From the NCBI RefSeq assembly GCF_000150275.1, contig NW_002060954.1:248001-312000 (forward strand): a stretch of 64,000 nt of DNA, written 5' to 3'. Position numbers and translations under genes: made by a program. Positions 53,501-64,000 of the stretch are shown here, one piece after another. Below the pieces are notes generated by a model, which was not told the origin of the DNA, searched no databases, and saw only the letters and a program-made list of their open reading frames with translations. How positions within the stretch are numbered: the first letter of the stretch is position 1; each line of letters begins with the position of its first letter. The DNA comes from Trichoplax adhaerens (taxonomy: Eukaryota > Animalia > Placozoa).

Positions 53501-55688
53501 TTTTTTATAGATATTACATGGTAATGGAATTGAAAGCCTGCGAAGAAGTGACCATAGAGCGGAATCATTTTCGTTTACGCCTTCTTATCCAACCGAAAAG
53601 TGGCTAAAAAAGAGGTCTAATGTTAAAGTGATGGTGAGCTTGTTATAGAATAAAACATATATAATATCATTTTACTCAGACATGCATTTAATATTTTCAT
53701 CCAAATTTAAGAATGTAACTGCCAATCATCGAGGCTCGGACATAGTAGTTTTGGAGAGTAAACCACAGTATATAGTTAGTAAATTTGTTTACGGACCTTT
53801 GGACGTGGTTTCGCTAACAGGAGAAAAAGTAAATTTACAGTATGATAATATTACATTTAGCAGCTAGCATCAGATATAATTCAATGTTTTAAAATAGCGG
53901 GTCGATTCACTAAAAACTTTGTTAGGTGGATATTTATATCAAAGTCAAAGGAAATTGGGAGTTTTATGATACGGTTATTACTGGTAATCAAGGTAAAATA
54001 AAATATACTTTACCGATGGAACAACAGTTAGGATTAGGTACATTTCCTGTTAAAGCAGTGGTAAGGTATGATATTAATTTATGAGATACCAATATTAATA
54101 CACTTAAGCAATTTTTTTCAACTAATCAATTCCTATTCCATTAATATCCATTATCAAAGAGGTGATCATACCGTGGCAGATAGCACCTTATTTGTTATTC
54201 CACCCGAAACTGAAGTGGTAGTCTTTAGCATTGACGGGTCGTTCACTGCAAGTGTTTCACTTCGTGGTAAAGATCCAAAGTTGAAACCTGGTGCCGTCGA
54301 TGTTGTTCGGTGAGAAAAATAATTTATAATTTATTAGTATATACTAATTACTACGATAGTTAACAAATTACTGCGCTAAGCTAGCGTAGATTTGATGGAG
54401 AATTAGTGTAAATGTAATCTGAATTTATATAGTATTCAAAATTTCGTAGCAATACCATAGTTTTATTTAATGTATTTAAATAAGAAGGAATTGTAGCGTT
54501 AGCGAATATTGACAGATGCATCTGCTGTAGTCTGCTAGAAATTAATTTATTTTTGGCAGTTTATTCTGCGTATGCTAGCTATAAATTAAGGCTACTCACA
54601 TATGTTTGAAACATCAGTAAATATTAGATCTCCTACATGTTCTCCTCGAAATCTTACCTCTAAAAACTTTAGTAATCACTCAATTAATAACATTACTGAT
54701 CTTTTAAATTGTAACTGCCTTCGATAAAAAGTTTATTCCATTTTTACGCTATCTCACATTACCATGAATGATAAACAATAGTTGTGCATATACAATGCAC
54801 GTATATATTTTAATACCATTTATTTTAATGATATTAATGAAGATTCACAATATAAACAGGCATTGGCAAGATCTAGGATATCTCATAGTTTATGTTACAG
54901 GAAGACCAGAAATGCAAAAGAATAGGATCATGGCCTGGCTAACAGCTCATAATTTCCCGTTTGGTATCGTTTCTTTTTCTGATGGAATATCACCCGATCG
55001 TACGAAATATAAACTATCATTCTTGAAGTATTTGACTATGGAGGTATGATTTATCATGATTCGGCTAATACTATAATAATCTTATTACCTTAGAGAATGA
55101 TAAGATATTGAACTTTAACTGTATGAATGCTTTTGCATAGGTTAAAATCACGATTCATGTTGCTTATGGTTCACCTAAAGATATTGCCACATATAAGGAA
55201 ATTGGATTAGCGCCACATCAAATCTATATTGTCAGTAAGAAAGCCAAGAAGAAATATAGTGTACAAGTAAGTAGAAGATTTTAATGCTTATCTTTGATTA
55301 ATTAATTAACTGTTTTCACGTATTATTGATTTACAGATTGAAGCTATTGATACTGTTGCTGCTATCTAGTGTTTGTATGTTAACTTTGAATAATTTTATT
55401 ATTTACCAGTTTATCATTGATGGCTACGCGCAACATCTAATGGATTTAGCATCCGTATCATCGTCGAGGCCAGCAGTGGGTCGTGGTAGAATTGTTGCAA
55501 GTCGAAGTCGTTTTAGCTTACCTAACAGCGGCATTACTAATAAATTTGATGGTTCAACCTTAGAATCTTTTAGAAACATAACAAGGAGCCGGTATAGGGC
55601 AGATTCAGACACCAAAAATTATAAAGCTAACGATCAGAGAAATAGTAAAAATGTCTCAAAGTATTATTCTATTGAAACTGTTGTATGA
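41554..55688 (+). CDS. Membrane-associated phosphatidylinositol transfer protein (PITPNM/Nir/rdgB): PITP, FFAT, DDHD and LNS2 domains
   Basis: MLIKEYRIPLPLSVEEYRTAQLYMIQ, EEEAWNAYPYTRTRY, MCAYKLCRVEFRYWGMQTKIE, AHRQAWCWQDEW, FFAT-like EEEYFDAQ, DFFMLGSP, YNLFYPIDP, HSSYWES, VVFSIDGSF, YVTGRP. Confidence 0.95.
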
Positions 55689-57387
55689 TTATTAATACTT
55701 CAACCTATTTGTGTTCGTAGCGTAGTCTCTATCTAAATAAAAATGCGGGAAATTTATCTTTTTAAGACAAGCCTTTATATTGACAAAAAGGATAATTTAT
55801 GTTGACTTGTGCTAAACTGACTAGCGATTAGCTTGTTGCTATGCTATTGCTTTCAAATTTAAATTTTGTTTGATCATATTACTGTTGGCTCGGCTATGCT
55901 TATGCAAATCAAATAAAAATGATTTAGATTGATAAATCTTCATTAGTTGGCATTAAGAAAATTGCATCTTCAATGCCTTCATTGCGGTTACTGTAAGCCA
56001 AACTTTGCATCTTTTGGAGGCTTCCTAATTTTCCCACATCGTTTAATAATTTAGCTTACTATATTCATTACTCTTGGCTCTATATACCGTAGTGCTGCAG
56101 TAACATCAGAGTCTCTTGCTTTAAGAATGTTAATGAAAGAGGTTAAATGATTTTTTAAGTTAGCTGCATCAACTTGAATGACATACAGTAACAGTATACT
56201 ATCGATTAATGCTATATGGGAATATACTCGATTCGCTTTTCAATAGAGATACAATTAAAGCAAATTTCGGGAAGCCGTTAGTCAAAAGAACTTATTTACA
56301 GTAGTATGGGAAATGGGTTAATTCTTAGGAACAACAATATCACAATTATGGTCAGTGTGACATGAGGTCAGGTAAGAAAGAACTGAATTTCATTTAAAAC
56401 TGCTCGATGCTTATCCAAATGAAATTTAATTAATCAAAATAAGAAAATATACGTTGATTAAGTGGATATTACAGTGAAAAATTCGTCATCTAATATTGAT
56501 ACAGCAGAACCTAGAACACATTCCAGTATCTAGCAAAACTAGGGTATAAGATATGCTAGTAAAATATGCAAATTTAAAAAAATTCTATGATGATAATAAG
56601 TTAAAAATGCAAGGATTCTCTAATGAGCAACCCAAATACCATAGATTTTTTATTCATAAGGATACCTTACTTCATTTTGCTACAGTGCTTAATGCTTAAC
56701 AGCAGTAATTACGAAAATATAAAACTTTCCAGGGGTATCAACTAGTGTTAATCGGGTAACAATCTAGGAATTGCCTGTCTGACTTTTAGAGATTCCGTAC
56801 AACAAGAAGGTAGTTTTTATCATTTAGAACGTAATTCAATATTATACAGTAGCAACAGCAGATTGTAGCAGTAGGTAAAAAACTAAGGCATTGCTCATAT
56901 GTTACGACCTCGATTATGAAATAAATATTCAGACTACCTGCATATTTGAAGGTATCATGTGAAAAGGCATAAAATATTTGAAAGTTACACACATACTCCT
57001 AATAAAAGCTATGCAGGTGTCCGCAGCTCAACACCTCTTACATACTGGAAGCATGACATTTCTCATCCAATAGAAAATTAATAATTTTTTCATTTGTCGA
57101 AGTCTATAGATTAATATAGTTTGAATTATAAATGTTAATTAGTTAAGCATTAACGTAGAACTAGAAACTAGAAAAGATTTTGGTAGATTTTCAGAGCATA
57201 GAATTTCTATAATGAGGTGGATGACGACAATGTCTTGGGCGTAAAATTGTACAGAAGTATCGATAAGTAAAAATATATTTTCCTGCTTCTGCTACCTCGT
57301 ATCTTTACTAATAAAATCAATTTAGAACTGAGCTTATCCTTTTTACAAGGCACGTGCCGATAGCGTTCAGATACTCGCAGTTATCGA

Positions 57388-60008
57388 TTATTCATCATTT
57401 ATGATCTCGACAGTCAAAGATGACCGATTATTTAGCGCGAGATATGTTTCATTTTTACGCCGATTCTTCAGAAGTAATCGCAGATCCGTTCTTTTTAGTT
57501 TATTTTCATCTTCTTCATCAGCTCTCATTCGCATCCGTTTTATTCTGGGTTCATCTACTTCCATGGCTTCATCATTTTCCTTGATATCAGGATTATCCTT
57601 ACAGTCTTGGCCAGAGTCAACAACATCCATTTCATCCTTATCAATAGCGATATCTGGCGAACATAATTTCTCTTGTCCTTTCTGATTTCTTCGTTTCCTA
57701 TAGATATTTAAAAGTTATGATTCGCCCATCGATACTATAAATTGATCGAGAGAGTGTAATATCCTTTCACCTTGATTGGGTAACGATACCCTTTCTACTT
57801 CCTATGAACAGCGAGGAAATAAATTACTATTAAATTCTGAAGTATGCAACTGTAAAATGCAATATAAATTGAATAAATTAGTTAGTCGTTCTACTGTAAA
57901 AAGTTTTATTACCGTGTTGGTTTGGATTGCCGTATTTTAAGTAGTAGTTGCTATACTTTGCGATACCTTTGATTTTTTTATCATCTGGATTGAAGTTTGT
58001 GACGAGTTAATGTAAGAATAACAACAACAGCAATATTGAAATAACTTTCAAAATAATTGCGTTATTTACTTATTGTAGCGTAACGAATAAGTAATAACTT
58101 CGCTTTTGAACAAGGTTCTCCAAACCTCCACTGTAGCTTATCATCTAGAAACGCATTCAATGGTATAGCAACAAAATAAATACAGGTCAAAAGAGTATTA
58201 AAGATTATTTTCAGTACCAAATTGCGACATTTCACAAATCACGAATACTAATGAATAAAAAACCAAGTCACCGGTAGAAGTAGCTATATTACGATGATCT
58301 CGAATGACAATCGATTGTTTAAGCGAGATTTCTTGACTTCTAGCACTAAATGCTCGCTTGGCTGTATTTTCATCATCCCAAATAACATTGCCTTTATAAT
58401 AATTACATAATAATTAATACGGTAAATCTTTATTATTGTGTATCTAGGCGTCCATGACGCTTGCAAGCTGTAGGATTTCGATAGCAGCATAACGATATGT
58501 AATATTTTATGGTACAATGGCCTTCTAAATCGATTAGATTAGCTTTATTTCGTGATTTTATTCGCTCTTGTTGCTTAATATGTAATTCGTTAATACAGCT
58601 CTCAGTTCACCAAAACTTCTGTGCTTACTTACAAGAAGAATCGTTAATCCATTCAATACTACCCGGGGGAAATTTTTCGAAATAGCGGATAACATCTTTA
58701 GTGCTCATTTCGTCGGTTCCGTGAAGATGTAGAGCGTTCAGTCGGATATCGCCTTCGATTTTATAACTAATAACAAAATTATCGGTAATAAACGGTGGCA
58801 GCTTAAAGCGTAAATTGAAATATAACTACTATATTAGCATTTAGGGTAAAGGTACAATTATAAAACATAAATAATTACCATTTTGTATCTTTTATCCAAT
58901 GAAACTATTGAGAAACTGACATACGAATATAAGATATGAATTAATCATAGCTAAATATGCGTATGTTACCTTGGCAATTCTAATTCGCTGCAGCTTTCGA
59001 TTTCCGCATCTTCTTTATTTATTCTGTTCTGTGAATCAGTAGGACCGAATCGCAGAAACCTTTCATTCTTTTTTTGTTCTAAGTCTTCCTGCTTAATTTT
59101 CTCGGTTTGGTCAGCCTCAACTAAATTCTGATATCGTAGACCAAATCTTAGAGCTCGTTGTTTTCTTTTATGATCTTCCTCCTGACGTCAAAATGGAATG
59201 GTTAGTCTTAACATTCCTTAGAATCTGACTTAATTATTTGGTGTATTCCTATCTTCTATCTTACATAAGACAACTGCCAACCATCATACTAGTGGTAAGC
59301 GAGAGTAAGACTAAAGAAGAGAACTTTAACTATAAAATTGCCGAAGCCGAAGGTATGGCTAATACTATAGATATGCAAAATGTTGCACATGGAGATAAGA
59401 CACATACACCTAACAAATTTATGTATCACCACCATAGACTAACCTCAGTGGTGACGTCAAATCCCGTAATAAAATTGCCATATAAATTCTGATGGGTCGG
59501 ATCTGATACCTGTATCCCAGAACGATATCTTAAATAAATAGCAATCTCCTACAGTACAAATACTGTACTAATGTTACAGCCATAGTGATCATAAGAATAC
59601 GTATTCCGTATCGGCTGGGCTGTCGTCTCAGTTTATCATTATGAATCAAGCCAATCGTGTGTAGACAATCAGTGAGTGGACGATAATTATAATTATAAAG
59701 TGTAACACGTTAAAACAGGGGCCGCTAATTAATCTGTATTTTTGTGCTGAAGCATGGATTAGCTAATTAGTAATCTATGGTTGCAGTCTTTCACATAAGA
59801 CAACCTTTACCAGCTATCATAGAACGGATACGCGTAGATATTGCATGCGTAAACGCATAAATCAAGCAGGCGAGTTAAAAGAATGATTTGTATAGTACAG
59901 ACTATATTATAGCACCTTATATTGAGGATTTACTTCTAAATCAATTTCTGAAAACGAAATTTCTGCCTTTTGTAGGTTAGAGTGGCTTGTTTCTTGACTT
60001 TTAGCCAT
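57388..60008 (-). CDS. NCBP3: Nuclear cap-binding protein subunit 3
   Basis: NFITGFDVTTE, KRKQRALRF, IRLNALHLHGTDEMSTKDV..YF..FPPGSIEWINDSSCNVIWDDE, IRYAT.NDKK, YYLKYGNPN and MRMRADE resemble NCBP3. The first exon is less certain. Confidence 0.88.
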
Positions 60009-60118
60009 GAATGAAGGGTGATCGTCAACGTCAATATAATCAACTGTAAAATTAAAATTGAAAGAAAGTAATAAAAATAATAAAAATTCTAGTATTCTTT
60101 TGATCTCTAGCTTCTCAG

Positions 60119-60412
60119 GTACAGTTGATACTTGACAGCAAGCAGTCTACAGTAATATTGTACTGTACTGTACTGAAGCAGTTCGTTTGTACAGTACAGG
60201 AAAGGTCTGTGAAAATGCTATGTCTCACCCCGAAATCGATACTGTATTCACTAGACTGTGAGAAATAACCCAAAACATGACATACTGTACTGTACGGTAC
60301 TGTTAGGCCAGCCAGGGGCTGCAGATTCCATAAACGAACCCTCAGTTGTACTGTACTGTACTGTACTGTACAGCGTACAGTACTACAATACTGTACTGTA
60401 CACTGTACAGTT
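60119..60412. repeat. (GTACW)n pentamer array between the divergent NCBP3 and F-box/LRR genes
   Basis: tgtactgtactgtactg at 60159-60175 and tgtactgtactgtactgtactgtacagcgtacagtac at 60347-60383. Confidence 0.9.
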
Positions 60413-60706
60413 GCAATCGTGTGGTAATCCTTGTTTACCATATTATTTTACTTTTTACAGCAGATGGCATAGTAGTAGATATTTCGTTCGGGATAGTTCA
60501 CGATAACGTAAATGTACCGTTAGATTAGATTAATTATTATAATTACGATTATAGTTTTATAGTTATCTATACAACCGAGTAAGATTTTAAAATGTGGTAG
60601 TGCAGTGTTAGGTAAAATATTATATTATAGTAATTAAGTTTATCAGAATGTCAAAGACAGTATTTGACTCACTGTATAGTACAGTATAAGAGGATAATAA
60701 ACTGTT

Positions 60707-63023
60707 ATGAGTCAGTTAACATTTGTATCGAAGACTGTACTACAAGACTTACCTGATGACGTGCTCCTGTCCATTTTTACTTATTTTTCTCATGGAGAAT
60801 TATGCCAGATAATCGGTTGCGTTTGTAGGCATTGGCACTCGCTATCACGAGATCCCTGTCTATGGAAACATATTAACTTATCGAATTATAGTCATTCAAT
60901 GACTTATCAAGCTATCAAGACTGCATGTCACTATTTTCGGACTGCCTATTCCCTTAAACTACCATGTTACGATTGTTTTAAAGACGATAACCTTGTTTCA
61001 ATTGTCCGCTTCTGCCCTACATTATATAAGATTGATTGTTCTTTTTGTGTAGCTATCACCTGTCAGGCAATTGTAAGTTTAGTTGATTGCTGTCCAAATC
61101 TTATTGATATAAATTTAGAAGGTTCAAACATTAAAGATCGTGCCGTACAGGTTATGTCAAAGCTGAAACTTAGGTCAATCAATCTGTCTCATTGCACTAG
61201 ATTGACAGATGAAAGTTTATACCTGCTAGGAAACGGTAATTGAAATGTTTAATAATTAATTATCACACATGATGGACGTTTTTTTAGAAATATATTATCT
61301 AGACTCAGTTCTTTTCATGTGCTTTTTAGCTTTATCGCGTTCACTATTCATTGCTCAGTCTGCTTTTATAGAAGTAGTCTCAACATAGGCGCACTATACT
61401 CTATTTAACCATTTAACTATGGAAGTTATTTTTGAACTCATAAATTTACAAGTTTTTATTTATATAATCTTGATTACCGATGTCATTAACTAATTATACT
61501 AATTGATTACGTATATGATTAATTTGCAAGTAGTAAATTGGAAGGCTATAATGATTATGCAACTATCGTGAACGAAGATACTTTTTATTCTATAGGTTAT
61601 AGTTACTTGGAAATCGTTAATTTGGATGGCATTGAATTCAACCAGTCAGCTGTCATATATTTCATCGCATTATGCAAAGATCGAATAAAATCTGTTTGTA
61701 TAGATGGCGCTAATCTCTCAGATTTCGCTTTAGAATTTATTTCTCATTGTAAATTGCTACATAAATTAGATATTTCTTTTTGTGATCAGATGACAAGTGC
61801 TGCTCTTTACCACCTTAGGGTAAGCGAGAAGAATGCATTGTTTATTGCGTAAATATAAGCTTAAGATATCGCTTATAGTAAGCCAATGGAATACAGTAAA
61901 TTAATTGGTTAATGCATACCTTAATATCGTGCATATTTATCTATTATTTCTTAAGGGCTAGAGACATAAATATCTACAGTTCGTTGTATATATATTACGA
62001 CTGCTGATAATTCCATTACAAGTTAATAATCATGACAATGATAAACAGAAATTAATCTTAAATATTATAATGGGGTCTTTTTTATAATTTAAACTGTACC
62101 TCGACGTAATACTGTATAATAAACTTTTTATACATAGGCACTGAAAGATTTAAGATCTTTGCGATTGAAGAAGGGTCATAATTTTACAAATGATGCATTA
62201 AATGACTTATTCAATTACGTAATACTTACCCGTAACATTCACTGGTCGTGTCACATTACATTGCTAGACTTAACTGAGTGCAGCCAATTAGATAATAATG
62301 GATTACATTCTATAGCAGCAAAGTAAGTTATCAATCAAAATACTGTAATAATACAATCGTGATTCGCGCGTTACAACAATTTTAATTACTAGCTTTGAGG
62401 CGATACTTTATGATACTGTAGGTGTACATCATGACTGATTCGATAGAACTTTTCACTTTATTCTAAATGTCTCAGCTGTCCTCAACTAAAAGAATTGAAT
62501 TTGTCATGGTGTTGGAATATTAGTGATACAGGTGTTGATTATCTCTTAAGGATGTGCAGGTATGCAATAATTGATTTCTATAGTGCTATACAATGAAATA
62601 GCGCGTTATTTTCAAAGTGGCTTAATTTATATGAGTTAAATCTATCTGAAGTTTTCGTATTTATTTTCTGTTCTACTACCTGAAACTAAATACCGCCCTT
62701 TTACTTCGCGACGATTTTCAGATTATTGGTTTCAGTAATACTAATTGGATTGCATCAAATTACCTGTAACAACTTAGTTGATGCTCCTTCTTTTTGGAAG
62801 TATCTTAAGTTTTTAAATTTAACATGCTGTAATTCCGTAAGTATAATAGTGCAGTGCGGCTGGCTATCTTAAAATCAGCTTTTCGATTCAGCTTTTCGAT
62901 TCAGCTAACATGACTGATTTTTGATAGGTAAAAGATTCAGTTGTTAACGAGCTAGCCAGAAATATGAAAAATCTGTTAATCATTGACTATTATGGAGAGA
63001 GAATTGATCTTATGCAGCCTTAA
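60707..63023 (+). CDS. F-box/leucine-rich repeat protein (FBXL family)
   Basis: F-box LQDLPDDVLLSIFTYF...VCRHWHSLSRDPCLW followed by cysteine-containing LRRs (INLSHCTRLTD, LDISFCDQMT, LDLTECSQLD, LNLSWCWNISD). Stop at 63021-63023. Confidence 0.88.
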
Positions 63024-64000
63024 GTGAAGTTAACTTAATGTAATCAACTTAAAGAAAAGTATGTGATACTCGCTTACTTTAGCATAAAGGAAATGATTTA
63101 GTCTACGTATGTTATTCCATTATTGAACTTAAAAATGTCTAAAGCATCAGATTATAATTCTGAAATCTTGCATTGTCGTATTTGAGAGCCTGTTTTGAGT
63201 CAGTGTAGTTACTAAATGTCAGTAGTTGTTACTGTTTAAAAATAATTTATGATGGGAATTAACGTAACAACTTTCTTGAGAGTGTTACGTATGCAGCGAT
63301 TGAGAAACCATCAATTATATGTAAATACTACTGATGCAAATGTAATATTCGTACTTATTAAGGAGAATTTACGGTCCTATCAGCTCTAGTGGCCAAGAGC
63401 TAGGATTAGTTATTTGTTTACTTATGGCAATTTCTTATTATGCATTACTGGTATATTCATTTTAATTATTGTTTTATTAGCGAATTGAAAATTTCATTCA
63501 GTTTTTGAAAGAAGATCAATTTAATCGGATTAAATTAACTCTTACGCGTATTTATTGTTTGCCTGTACCTTGAACTTTACTCTTAAAAGAATTACTAGCT
63601 GTTAGTATAACTTAAGACAGATCTCGAAATTTAAGTATATTTCCTCCAATTTCATGTTATAGGTAGTAATTTTAGTATGACGTATGACGTACTAAAGATG
63701 CGAGTGCTGACAAGAGTAATAAAAATGTTTCGTATCCATGTCTATGTCAGGATTACGATGCGTTAGTCGCTGAAAGCCTATCTAATATCATGCACATATC
63801 TTAAAACTTTATGATGAACCAGTTTCATCTGTCTGCTTCACAATCCATTGTTTCATTACATCTATTTGATCTAAAATGGATTTCGTACTCGTACCACCAA
63901 TGCTGGTATATTGTTCAACGCTGTTGCGATAATTCCAAACTTGAACTACATCTTTAGTAAACATTTTACTATGAAATGTTAAAAACATGTTAGACAGTCT

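Noticed and set aside
57401-57685. Antisense ORFs over exons (also 7606-7794, 8648-8860, 12590-12796, 55424-55615)
   Set aside because: They are shadows of real coding exons on the opposite strand.
57769-57777. ATATCCTTT, a perfect U12 5' site on the + strand
   Set aside because: The gene here (NCBP3) is on the - strand and uses a normal GT donor at this position.
58879-58915. Small AG/GT-bounded segment in NCBP3 as an extra exon
   Set aside because: Its only open frame is out of phase with the next exon, and the flanking exons join directly.
62875-62906. 13-bp tandem duplication (tcagcttttcgat) in an FBXL intron
   Set aside because: An ordinary slippage duplication with no further structure.

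Overview
AT-rich, intron-dense animal genomic DNA. The compact layout (mostly 65-100 nt introns, metazoan gene set) suggests a placozoan such as Trichoplax; this is inference. I traced 11 protein-coding genes by hand: coronin (first coding exon only, -), AP3D1 (+), MTO1 (-), telomerase reverse transcriptase TERT (+), a CCDC190-like ORF (-), SUDS3 (-), an intronless CD151-like tetraspanin (-), EIF3I (+), PITPNM/rdgB (+), NCBP3 (-) and an F-box/LRR gene (+). The most striking non-coding signal is a strand-symmetric (GTAC-A/T)n pentamer array. It marks five promoter regions, four of them head-to-head pairs including MTO1/TERT, and long runs are nearly absent elsewhere. Splicing is also unusual: two U12-type introns (AT-AC in SUDS3, GT-AG in EIF3I) and several GC-AG introns, three of them in MTO1. 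Other items: substitutions in conserved TERT motifs, a telomere-like tract containing a telomerase-template-like 12-mer, a TA-flanked palindrome and a mosaic of short duplications. Homologies come from recalled sequences and were not searched. CDS coordinates span the first to last coding base, including introns.
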